Below are positions 39,334 through 48,206 of a stretch of 64,000 nucleotides of DNA, piece after piece. This DNA comes from Giardia intestinalis (lineage: Eukaryota). Location of the stretch: the NCBI GenBank assembly GCA_000002435.2, contig CM018790.1; one strand, written 5' to 3'. The translations under genes and the position numbers were made by a program. The notes under the pieces are model-generated. The model saw nothing but the letters and a program-made list of their open reading frames with translations, ran no database searches and was not told the DNA's origin. How positions within the stretch are numbered: the stretch's first letter is position 1; each line of letters opens with the position of its first letter.

Positions 39334-40729
39334 CTGTATAAAATATTCCGTTATTGGGGTCACATCCCCAAAATTGCATGCCAGGAACATCTTTTATGGT
39401 CTCTTCAATTGCGCTCACGTATGCGTTCTGCTCGTGTTGCCCAGGTAGTTCGGTCTGTGTAGCAAGGAACATATCTCTTTTATTTAGGAAGCCGTCGACT
39501 TCCAGACCAAATAGCCCTATCTTGACCGTGCTAGTGCCATGCTCTTTGCTGAGATCTATGTAGCCTGGCCAGAAGAGACGGCCGTATCCATTTCCAAGCA
39601 CTAGGTTCCGAAGACGTTTGGGCTTCTCTGACTGCGCCTCAGAGCTGTAAACTTTTATAGATTTAGTGGCGGCTATTGTGCCTCCAGACTCATCAGCGGA
39701 ATGCAATCTAGTCTCCAACGGTGGAGCGCTGAACTTCACTGCAAACTGCTTAAGGTTCTTTTCATGCTTCTGCTGCATACGCTCAAGGTGCATTTGCTTC
39801 CGTGTTTGTCTATCTGCTTGGCGACGAAGCTTCCGTTGCTCCCTTCGTTCTGCTTTAGCCTTTCTCTTTTCAGCAATCATCCTTTCTTGATCCTCCCGAT
39901 CTTGCTGCATCTTAGTTAAATGAGTTTCTAACTTCATTTGGTTTTCCTGCACGCAGTAGTTATTGCCGTCGGCGAAAGATGACAGTTGCTGGGCAGTGTC
40001 GGAAGTAATATCATCGTGGTCAGACGCGTCTGATGAGGAGCAAGTGAGAGGCGGAAACTCGTACACGCGTGCTTGAATGCTATCCAGGGAGCAGACTGAG
40101 GCATTGTGCTGCCGAATTTCCTCCATGTAAGAGCTAATATGAAGATCAAACTCGCACGATGTCAGCGGAGTAAGCTGATAAGGCGGGAGCACCTGAGTTT
40201 GCCCTGTAGGCATGTCCCATGAGGGAGGCGCTAGTATCTCTGGCTTTTCTAACGACAGATTGCAAGCGTCGCTATAGCCGAAGTTATGAGGATAAACCGA
40301 GTTATAAGAAGGTTGGTAGATATTCGTGCAAGAGATGGGTGGCTGCTGATAGAATGATTCAGGGTTGACAGGCTGGGGAAAGACCTCCTGAGGGGCGTAA
40401 TTATATAGTACTTGCTGATGTGGCTGGCTAGAAAACTGTGATGGAAACGGATAAACAGGGTCTGTGACAACGTTCTGTGGTTGTGAATAGGGCTGCTGCG
40501 GCCCGGAGCTGTGCATAGGTTGCGGTGGCTGAGAAAAGCCAAAAACTGACGGGGATGTGTGTGCTTGCATGGGCGGGTCTTCGTCAAGCAAGAGTGGCGG
40601 ATCATCATCGGATCGCGGAAGCCGCGGAGCACCTGGAGGAGCCAGCTGACGAGCAAACGAGACTGGGGTGCTCTGCAGCGCCTGAGGGTCAAGCTGTGGC
40701 GGAGAGGTAACACCGCTTGCCGAGTACAT
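39317..40729 (-). CDS. Hypothetical Pro/Gln-rich protein with a basic coiled-coil segment. Its 3' end overlaps the convergent hydrolase gene by 17 nt.
   Basis: The track start at 40741 is GTG; the first ATG is 40729 (MYSASGVTSPPQLDPQ). P/Q-rich N-terminal half, then KRKAKAERREQRKLRRQADRQTRKQ, then a ~110-aa C-terminal domain of unknown type. Confidence 0.45.
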   Translation of the reverse strand: MYSASGVTSPPQLDPQALQSTPVSFARQLAPPGAPRLPRSDDDPPLLLDEDPPMQAHTSPSVFGFSQPPQPMHSSGPQQPYSQPQNVVTDPVYPFPSQFSSQPHQQVLYNYAPQEVFPQPVNPESFYQQPPISCTNIYQPSYNSVYPHNFGYSDACNLSLEKPEILAPPSWDMPTGQTQVLPPYQLTPLTSCEFDLHISSYMEEIRQHNASVCSLDSIQARVYEFPPLTCSSSDASDHDDITSDTAQQLSSFADGNNYCVQENQMKLETHLTKMQQDREDQERMIAEKRKAKAERREQRKLRRQADRQTRKQMHLERMQQKHEKNLKQFAVKFSAPPLETRLHSADESGGTIAATKSIKVYSSEAQSEKPKRLRNLVLGNGYGRLFWPGYIDLSKEHGTSTVKIGLFGLEVDGFLNKRDMFLATQTELPGQHEQNAYVSAIEETIKDVPGMQFWGCDPNNGIFYTVRSRH

Positions 40730-40844
40730 GGGCGTTGGCACCGGTTTCTGGGCCCTTCTTTCTCAGTAGATATCTGTTGCAAAAATTGAAAAACGCCGTT
40801 ATAACGTTTCAAGTCCATTTGGCACCAATAAGTTGAGACAAAAA

Positions 40845-41768
40845 ATGGAGCACGGACATGACGCCTCGGACCCCATTGAGGAGTACTTTTTGCCCCGGGA
40901 GAAGGTGAGCTTCATCTCTGTGGAAGGATATCAGCAGGTGAAACTGTTTCGCTCAATAAAGGATAAGAGTGGACCCTGGGTTTTGTTTCTTCACGGACTG
41001 ACTTTCTACACCGATATATGTGCGGCATTTCTCAACAAGTTGTCTCGCAAGCATAATGTGCTCTCCTTCGACTGGCCCGGGGTGGGCGGTACAGATCCTT
41101 CCCGCAACGATATCTACACTCCACAAGAATTGCTCGGCTTTGCAGAGAAAGTTGTTGAAGCAGCAGAGCCGGGCCTGCCTGGCAGAGGCCTCAGTATCGT
41201 TGGGCACTCTATGGGCGGGCTCATGTCCCTTATCTTAGCAACTCACTATCTAAAGCAGGGATTTGATATAAAGAACGTTATCATGCTCGCCCCGGCAGGA
41301 GTCAAGGTCCACAAGTGGATGACTCACAGGCTGCTCACCACTCCGATCATAGGCCCTGTTCTGAACTTCATTTTTAAGAGATTCCCAGACGCCACCGCGA
41401 AGCGCATAGTCTACGAAACCCGCTACAACTTCCATTACATGCCAAAGCATATGGAGGAAGCGCTGTGGGAGCCTTTCAAGAAGAGCATGCTTCGCGACAC
41501 GAGGGTCACCGCAGCCCGCACCCTTGCCTTTGCGCAGTTTCCCTGGGAAAACCACGAAGAGCTTTTTATAGAGTTGGATAGGAGTAAGGTTAATGCAATA
41601 GTCGTGCTAGCTGGGCGCGATGTCACCATAGATACCCCCGCCACAGAGCACTTCTTGCGGACCAAGTGCTCTTCTATAAGCATACAAGTGTACCCAGATT
41701 ATACTCACGACCTTGTGGCCTGTAACGCAGATGTCATTACGGAATATATTTCTGCCGTCTTGCCGTAG
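40845..41768 (+). CDS. Alpha/beta-hydrolase fold protein (paralog 3 of 3; ABHD-like).
   Basis: The track start at 40833 is TTG; the ATG is at 40845 (MEHGHDAS). WVLFLHGLTFYTD...NVLSFDWPGVGGTDP...LSIVGHSMGGLMSLILA...MLAPAGVK...FPWENHEELFIELD. Confidence 0.65.
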   Translation: MEHGHDASDPIEEYFLPREKVSFISVEGYQQVKLFRSIKDKSGPWVLFLHGLTFYTDICAAFLNKLSRKHNVLSFDWPGVGGTDPSRNDIYTPQELLGFAEKVVEAAEPGLPGRGLSIVGHSMGGLMSLILATHYLKQGFDIKNVIMLAPAGVKVHKWMTHRLLTTPIIGPVLNFIFKRFPDATAKRIVYETRYNFHYMPKHMEEALWEPFKKSMLRDTRVTAARTLAFAQFPWENHEELFIELDRSKVNAIVVLAGRDVTIDTPATEHFLRTKCSSISIQVYPDYTHDLVACNADVITEYISAVLP

Positions 41769-41946
41769 CCGGATAGATGCCTAAATCTGCGCCCAGGCAG
41801 GGAAACTGGGATTCAGATAATTAAATTTTCTATGTTTGTCTCCTTTAATCGCCCTCAGGTGGAGTCCATATTTTAATTTTGTGACTCGAGTTTGGTCCTG
41901 TGTCTACCTGGGAGTCTTTTTTGCTTCTCGCTAAACTGGCATACCG

Positions 41947-42876
41947 ATGGACATCCATCTCATTTACCCCTTAGATTACAGTTGGACTCAGATTGTTTGC
42001 GCATTAGAAGCCATCGGGATCCATGTTAGCAAAGATAAGAGTGAGGCGTTTTTAACGCTTTTTTCTGAGACAAGCCATCTTTCACACACGCAATACATGG
42101 AGACGACGTGCATCAGCTTCGACGCCCTTCCTCATGGTATCGGGGTGTTGCTATTCTTTCTCCCCGCAGACAATTATCTCGGAGAAGCCGTGCTCGCCAG
42201 AAACATAGGTACATTCATGCTTCTTCCTAGCCGTCTTTTTGTCATAGACCCCTCTTGCAGACGCCAACACTATCCAGCCCATAGAGATGCATCCAGTGTG
42301 GTGGGTGCCAACCTGTCTCCTATCCCCACATTCAGATTGCCCGACGACATTGCTCCGTTGAAGTGCTCCATCTGCTCGTACTTGGGCCTCGTCTTGCATA
42401 AGCGGGCCTTGCCCGACGTTGTACAGGCGTCCTCACTCTGCCTGCTTGTCTGGGAGTGGATAAGACGCTATGAGGAGACTGCGTCAAACGCTACAGTCGA
42501 GAGCATACGACACTTTGGCCGGCTTGTTGGGGGGAATCTCCGAAACGAGATGGTCTCCAGTGACCCAGGAGCTCGTGAGCAGGTGCAAGTACAGCTGACG
42601 ACCCTAGCAAACTTCGTTCGCAGCATTCTTCATAAGAGCTGCACAAATACTTCGATGATACTGGGCCACTGCACGCTAAAAGAATACAAGCTACAAATCT
42701 TCATTTACGTCAGGTACAGGCCAGCAACCTTTCAGATACTGCTGGGCCACATGCTTGCAAGCATTTGCTGGTCGTTCACGGGAAGCAAGGAGGACACAGT
42801 CGTTTGCAGCCAGGACAAGACACATCTCGCCATCTCTGTTCTACTGCATCGCCCGCCTAGCTCACCCCATGCTTAG
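41947..42876 (+). CDS. Hypothetical protein (309 aa).
   Basis: ATG start and plausible spacing to neighbours. No recognisable motif. Confidence 0.4.
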   Translation: MDIHLIYPLDYSWTQIVCALEAIGIHVSKDKSEAFLTLFSETSHLSHTQYMETTCISFDALPHGIGVLLFFLPADNYLGEAVLARNIGTFMLLPSRLFVIDPSCRRQHYPAHRDASSVVGANLSPIPTFRLPDDIAPLKCSICSYLGLVLHKRALPDVVQASSLCLLVWEWIRRYEETASNATVESIRHFGRLVGGNLRNEMVSSDPGAREQVQVQLTTLANFVRSILHKSCTNTSMILGHCTLKEYKLQIFIYVRYRPATFQILLGHMLASICWSFTGSKEDTVVCSQDKTHLAISVLLHRPPSSPHA

Positions 42877-42908
42877 ACGTCTAGTATTGCTATCGTCATT
42901 GGCGGCAC

Positions 42909-43079
42909 TCATGAAAGGTGTGCCTCAAACTCTTTGGACGCCTCTACAAGGTAGTTGCCAATGAACTCGATCGCGTCTTTGGGCTTTCTGCATATTGCCT
43001 CTGCAAATGCATTGGACAGCTGCTCACCAACTGCTTCGGTAAGATACTTAATCGTCGCCTGGTCAATCCTCGTGTCCAT
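42909..43079 (-). CDS. Small Dpy-30-motif (RIIa-like dimerisation/docking) protein, 56 aa. It is not in the ORF track because it is under 60 aa.
   Basis: Hand translation of the minus strand gives MDTRIDQATIKYLTEAVGEQLSNAFAEAICRKPKDAIEFIGNYLVEASKEFEAHLS*. The core YL...V...L...(10)...P.D.IEF...YL matches the Dpy-30 motif (YLdqtVvPiLlqGLaeLakeRPedPIeFLAqYLl). It sits in a 301-bp gap, 32 bp from the upstream stop and 98 bp from the next start, with an ATG start and a TGA stop. Confidence 0.55.
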   Translation of the reverse strand: MDTRIDQATIKYLTEAVGEQLSNAFAEAICRKPKDAIEFIGNYLVEASKEFEAHLS

Positions 43080-43177
43080 CTCTTTTCCCCAAGAATTTGA
43101 TATATGATCAATTCAATTTTTTTGTCACATAATTTATTTTAATTGCACTTGTCCATATTAACTTCATGCTTTTATGA

Positions 43178-43828
43178 ATGGAACAACTCGTAGTCCGGGA
43201 TATACAGGGAACGGAGGACCTCGAGGTGCTCAAGAAGAAGCACATCGCCCTGATAGTTAAGGACGGCATGTCCTCTGCGGCATTTTACAAGGTCTACAAT
43301 AGCATTTTGTGCCGCTATCCAGATGACCACGTCCTGCTCAATGGGGTGTTTTCCTTGCTGATGCTCATCCTGCTCGATATAGGTACAGAGCGACCGGAGA
43401 TACCACAGGATGACGCGCTGGTGGACACTGTTCACTCTTATTACAAGGCACTCCAGGGCACCTTAGAGTACAAGGAGTTTCTGTCGTCTCTGCGCTCCAT
43501 GCTCCCGTTCATCATGCAGCTAAATATTGATGCTGGTCGATTGTTTCAGATTATTCTTTTTCAAAGGACTCCGGCTGAGCTAAGGTATGAAACATTTGCC
43601 TCTGCAGAGGAGATTAGGGCCATGTGGGAATCGGATATCCTTTGCTTTGATTGTGGCGTGTACCTTAAGTATGGGAAGAGCGGTCATATATGTACCCATG
43701 CTCCGCAGCTTTCTGAACGGTTGTCCACAACCCAGAAGATTCAGAGAAACTGGGGTCCAGTGCGCTTTGAGTGGGTTGCAGAGCGGGTTCACGAGCCAAC
43801 CAACATCCCCTTTGTGCGAGTCGTCTGA
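43178..43828 (+). CDS. Hypothetical protein (216 aa) with a C-terminal Cys/His cluster (CFDCGVYLKYGKSGHICTH).
   Basis: ATG start. Possible small zinc-binding motif. No family assignment. Confidence 0.4.
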   Translation: MEQLVVRDIQGTEDLEVLKKKHIALIVKDGMSSAAFYKVYNSILCRYPDDHVLLNGVFSLLMLILLDIGTERPEIPQDDALVDTVHSYYKALQGTLEYKEFLSSLRSMLPFIMQLNIDAGRLFQIILFQRTPAELRYETFASAEEIRAMWESDILCFDCGVYLKYGKSGHICTHAPQLSERLSTTQKIQRNWGPVRFEWVAERVHEPTNIPFVRVV

Positions 43829-43939
43829 ACTCTAAGCTTGGAGTGGCTAAGCTGTCTCTCGAAAGCCATTCTCTGCTTGTGGATTGGGACTGTGGACAAT
43901 TGGAAAAGGTTCGCAGTTCACTGTGAAGTTGCTAGGCTA

Positions 43940-44641
43940 CTAATAGAAGTTAGATGCGTCTGTTCTGTAGTTGGCTTCGTGTGCCTTGCGCGCGATTTCT
44001 CTTGGGTTCTTCTCTACTTCAGGGGGAGAATTGCTAGTTGGTTTGAAGCCGGCCTGATTGAACCCATAGTTCATGTCATATCCATAGTTGGGGTTTGATA
44101 GAGCATCAGACGACTTGCCTGGTCTATCCATACTTGCCTGTTCAATCGCCCGCTGTCTGAATTCGTCATAGGTGGCTGAGGAGTCAGAGGGAATGACATG
44201 CGACTCTTGACCCTTCTTGTTGATACCGATGGACGTGTGTAAACTAGCCTCTTCCAAAGCAGGATCTGCTCTGACGTGAAACTGGTCCTTAGGTCTCTGT
44301 GTGCTCACGTGGACACTGGGAGGCGGCAACTTGCGGATCAACTCACCATTGGCATCAAGGTCGCCCCCTGGGCTTATGAGTACGCCCTCATCCTTGCGCT
44401 TATGCTCGCTGTTGTGCCTTGTAGCAAGCTCTGCATGCTCAGCAGACCTCTGAGCTGCGTAATCCTTCATGTCATTATCGGACATAAAGACTATCGATGA
44501 AGAAGTGTTTGCACCCGGCTTCATTCTGCGACCGGGAAGGGGCTGCTCTGCCGTTGCATCTCCAGTCTCGAAGGTTATCTGTGAGACCATTTGCTTCTGT
44601 ATGCGCGTGGGCACAGGGTCTGGGGGCGCCATCCAGGACAT
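43940..44641 (-). CDS. Hypothetical protein (about 233 aa, low-complexity and hydrophilic).
   Basis: The track start at 44674 is GTG and would overlap the divergent PreP gene; the first ATG (MSWMAPPDP) is at 44641. Confidence 0.4.
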   Translation of the reverse strand: MSWMAPPDPVPTRIQKQMVSQITFETGDATAEQPLPGRRMKPGANTSSSIVFMSDNDMKDYAAQRSAEHAELATRHNSEHKRKDEGVLISPGGDLDANGELIRKLPPPSVHVSTQRPKDQFHVRADPALEEASLHTSIGINKKGQESHVIPSDSSATYDEFRQRAIEQASMDRPGKSSDALSNPNYGYDMNYGFNQAGFKPTSNSPPEVEKNPREIARKAHEANYRTDASNFY

Positions 44642-44655
44642 AGCTTTAAAAAAAG
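44642..44655. promoter_or_regulatory. 14-bp A/T-rich divergent spacer (AGCTTTAAAAAAAG) between two head-to-head ATGs; a candidate minimal bidirectional Giardia promoter/initiator.
   Basis: Read directly from the sequence. The minus-strand ATG is at 44641 and the plus-strand ATG at 44656. Giardia promoters are known to be short A/T-rich elements within about 50 bp of the ATG. Confidence 0.4.
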
Positions 44656-47600
44656 ATGCTTGTGGATAGAGCACACAGCCTTCCGCTGGGCACCACCATA
44701 CGTGGGTTCACAGTTGTGGAGAGTGAGTACGTATCGGAGACAAGTACCCAACTCATTAAGCTGATTCACGAACAGTCTGGCCTCACCGTCTTCAAGCATA
44801 TCCCACAAGATGCCAGCTACACAGAGAACAGCGCAAACATTGCATTCGCGACGTTTGCATCTGATGATAAGGGCCTCCCGCATATAACAGAGCATTCCGT
44901 CTTCTGTGGGTCCGAGCTTTATCCCCACAAGGATCCCTTCAACGAGGTGACCAAGACGTCTCTCAAGGTTTACAACAATGCGTTCACGGCGCAAACTCAC
45001 ACTGTCTACGAGTTTGCCTCTCGCTGCAAGCGAGACTACTTCAACATTCTGTCTGTGTACTTAGACGCTGTCTTTCGTCCCGCCCTGCTTAAAGACCCGC
45101 GCATCTATGCCCAGGAAGGTTGGCACCTGCACCTCGAGACAGAAGATGGCGAGATTGTCCAGTCTGGAATTGTCCTCAACGAAATGAAGAGCCGTTGTGC
45201 GTCACCCTCCACTGTTCTTGTGTATAATCTCCAGCGCCTCCTCTATGGTGGTACTGCAATGGGCTACGAGACGGGAGGCCTGCCAGATGCAGTGGTTACA
45301 GGCACTCACACGGATATAGCTGAGTTCTACAAGCGTTTCTATTACCCTGGGAACTGTGTCATTGCTTTCCACGGGAATATTCCTCTAGAAGATGAGCTTC
45401 GGGCAATTGTGGAACCATACTTGCTTGATTATGTCGGCGGAGAAGGCCCTGCCTTATCAAAGCGGTCTCCACCTACCCCAATCCTATATAGAGACCAGCC
45501 TAATTTACCAGAGCTAACGAAGGATGAGGTCTCTGCACAGGCGCGCGTCTCCAGCCGGTCTGCTCGCCGAGTCCGTTTCGTAGAGTACGGCGTGTCCAAG
45601 GAGACAAAAGCCTTGAAAAAGGAGGGAATAATAGGCAGGATTTACTATCTCTTCGACCTCCGTGACGCGACGCCCCTCTTGCTTCTCTCCGTCCGTGTGC
45701 TGGACTACATCCTTTTTGATCAGACGTCGAGCCCTGTGCCAGAGAGCCTTCAGTCTTCTTCGCTTTGCAAATCTTGCTATTCCATGTTAGACTGTACTGA
45801 GCTGCAGTGCACTCTCTACTTGTCTTTTCTTGGCTGTGAGCACACAGAGGAAGGGTACCTTGCGCTTATCAGCGCATACGAGGACCTCTTGACTGAGCTT
45901 ATGTCTCCCGAGAGGGATGGTCAATACTATCGCTTCCTCTCTCCCCAAGCTGTTGACGCCGCACTGAATCACATTGAGCTCGAGTACCGGGACATCAGGC
46001 CGTATTCTGGCCTTGGGGTAAACAATCGCACCATTAGCGCCGCTCTAGCAGGCTGTCCCAGCACTACGCGATTGCTCTATGAGGAGCCCCTGCGAGAGCT
46101 TCGCAAGCTGGTGATAGACGGTACCGTAACAGAGTATCTCTGTGGCGTTCTGGCTAAGTATCTTACCGCTCTAAACCCCCATCAGGCCGATGTTGTGCTA
46201 GTGCCCATTCCAGGGTATCTTGAGCAGTGTGAGGAGGCAACGCAACAGCGTCTAAGAGCTCTCAAGGCATCCATGTCGCCTGAAGACATACAGGCCCTGA
46301 TTTCTAACACCAAGAGTCAGATTCGCCGCGCGCTGGAACCAACTCCACAGGAGATAAACGAGCTACTTCCCATGCTGAGGATTGAAGAGATAGACGCTGT
46401 CAACACAGATATGTTCAAGGCCCAGTCGTTCCTTCACTACGATCTGAGAGTGAGCCCTCACCTCATGCCTGTCCTATACTGTCATACTGGCGAGCAAGGG
46501 AAGAATCTGACCTACCTCGAAGTGTGTACGGATATTACAGACATGTGCGACCTTGAGACTCTTCCCCTCCTCTCTCTTCTTGCCAATCACATCCTAGGCG
46601 AGGTTGCTACCACCTCATACAAGACAGTTGAAAGCTTGCACAGGGCAATTGATTATTACACTGGGGACTTCTCCATCTCCTTAAAAGCAGAAGATATCCC
46701 CCCATTCCTCCGGGACGTGAAGCACCCCACCTCTCAGACATGCACATCTATACCATCAAGAATTTATATGAGCATAAGTGCAACTTGTAAGGACACAGAT
46801 ACAGAAGCAGTTCTACGACTCATATTCCACGAGATCTTGGGCGGCTCAATTGTGGGCCTTACAAACCCTCGCGTGCTTCTCCGCCTACTTCACGAGTTCT
46901 GGATGTCTCTCAGAGAGGATATAGTGGAAGGAGATGGTCACTTGGTGGCAAGCAGGCGGGCCAGTGCTGTGTGCGGTCGCCTTACGTCCTTCGTATATGA
47001 ACTAGCGTCGGGGCCATCTATGTACAACTGGCTCAGCAAGTTTCTCAGGGACACCCTTGCAGATCATAGCTCCGGAACCGGCAGCTTAGAAGATGGCAGC
47101 GGGGCCGCAGAAGAAGAGATTTGCCATAGTGACAACTCCTTTGAGGGAGATGATAACGAAGATGAAGACGACGCTTTCCTAGACAATGATTCCACAAAGC
47201 AAGAGCTCTGTCTCCTCGGAGAGCAGCTGGCAGCTCTTCTTGCCAAAATGTGCGCTCGCCCGGAGCTCTTTCTCGTCTGCGTTGGTCAGCGCATCTCAGA
47301 CCTAGCTCCTTACGTAGCAAAGACCAGGTATGCTCCAGAGGACATGAGGAAGATCCAATCCATCTTGGCACAGCATACATTTAATGCCGAATTGCTCCGT
47401 GTAGTTGACAACTCGTATTCTCTGAGGCCGGGGAAGCTGAGTCTATGGGTGAAGAGGCGCAACACTTGTCCACTGGCTGAGCAGTTTAATCGCTTGCTGA
47501 CATGGTATCGTTGCGAGGATCAGTCTCTGCCCTTGGACGCTGACTTGGCCGACTACTCTGGTGTCTTTAATAGCCTAGCGATCCCAAGCGACGTCTCCTA

Positions 47601-48174
47601 TGTTGCTCGCGCATATCTGCCTTCTCTGGCTGAAAACCTGGCCATAGGAAGGAGCCACTTGTCTGGAAATATACCGGCAAAGTACCTCTCTCTTCACATC
47701 ATCGAAAACGTATACTTATGGGACAATGTCAGGATAAAGAACGGCGCATATGGATGCCTGCTAAAGCTCCGTCTCAACGGCTCCGCTATACTCTTCTCCT
47801 ATGATGACTCCAGAGTGGTTGAGACTATTAAGATATATGATAAGTTATCAGAGTCAGCAGAAGAGCTGTACGGTAGCCTAGATAAGCGAACACTAGACGG
47901 TTACAAGATAGGGTGTCTCAGCGCCAACCAGATCGGGATTTCGCCCAAAGAAATCTTTAAACAGGCCATTTACTATTTCATGGCAGGCTACTCTGTTCGC
48001 AGGCATTACCGAGAGATAAAGCAAACCCTCCGTGTGACCAAGGACGCCCTCATGAAGGCTCACGAATACTTCTCAAATCTATCATCCGCGCCATCTGTTA
48101 TTGTAGGATCTGCCTCCTCATGCAGGGATGCATTTGCCAAGGGGCTGATCCGTAAATACGACGTCTTTGAGTGA
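44656..48174 (+). CDS. M16C-family metalloprotease (presequence protease PreP/Cym1-like) with an inverted HxxEH zinc motif.
   Basis: PHITEHSVFCGSELYPHKDPFNEVTKTSLKVYNNAFTAQTHTVYEFAS is collinear with PreP [47 protein letters not shown]. The 1,172-aa length is consistent with a four-domain M16C clamshell. There is an acidic insert (EDGSGAAEEEICHSDNSFEGDDNEDEDD). Confidence 0.75.
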   Translation: MLVDRAHSLPLGTTIRGFTVVESEYVSETSTQLIKLIHEQSGLTVFKHIPQDASYTENSANIAFATFASDDKGLPHITEHSVFCGSELYPHKDPFNEVTKTSLKVYNNAFTAQTHTVYEFASRCKRDYFNILSVYLDAVFRPALLKDPRIYAQEGWHLHLETEDGEIVQSGIVLNEMKSRCASPSTVLVYNLQRLLYGGTAMGYETGGLPDAVVTGTHTDIAEFYKRFYYPGNCVIAFHGNIPLEDELRAIVEPYLLDYVGGEGPALSKRSPPTPILYRDQPNLPELTKDEVSAQARVSSRSARRVRFVEYGVSKETKALKKEGIIGRIYYLFDLRDATPLLLLSVRVLDYILFDQTSSPVPESLQSSSLCKSCYSMLDCTELQCTLYLSFLGCEHTEEGYLALISAYEDLLTELMSPERDGQYYRFLSPQAVDAALNHIELEYRDIRPYSGLGVNNRTISAALAGCPSTTRLLYEEPLRELRKLVIDGTVTEYLCGVLAKYLTALNPHQADVVLVPIPGYLEQCEEATQQRLRALKASMSPEDIQALISNTKSQIRRALEPTPQEINELLPMLRIEEIDAVNTDMFKAQSFLHYDLRVSPHLMPVLYCHTGEQGKNLTYLEVCTDITDMCDLETLPLLSLLANHILGEVATTSYKTVESLHRAIDYYTGDFSISLKAEDIPPFLRDVKHPTSQTCTSIPSRIYMSISATCKDTDTEAVLRLIFHEILGGSIVGLTNPRVLLRLLHEFWMSLREDIVEGDGHLVASRRASAVCGRLTSFVYELASGPSMYNWLSKFLRDTLADHSSGTGSLEDGSGAAEEEICHSDNSFEGDDNEDEDDAFLDNDSTKQELCLLGEQLAALLAKMCARPELFLVCVGQRISDLAPYVAKTRYAPEDMRKIQSILAQHTFNAELLRVVDNSYSLRPGKLSLWVKRRNTCPLAEQFNRLLTWYRCEDQSLPLDADLADYSGVFNSLAIPSDVSYVARAYLPSLAENLAIGRSHLSGNIPAKYLSLHIIENVYLWDNVRIKNGAYGCLLKLRLNGSAILFSYDDSRVVETIKIYDKLSESAEELYGSLDKRTLDGYKIGCLSANQIGISPKEIFKQAIYYFMAGYSVRRHYREIKQTLRVTKDALMKAHEYFSNLSSAPSVIVGSASSCRDAFAKGLIRKYDVFE

Positions 48175-48206
48175 TTAAGGTTTACCTACGGGATCTAGAG
48201 CCAGGG

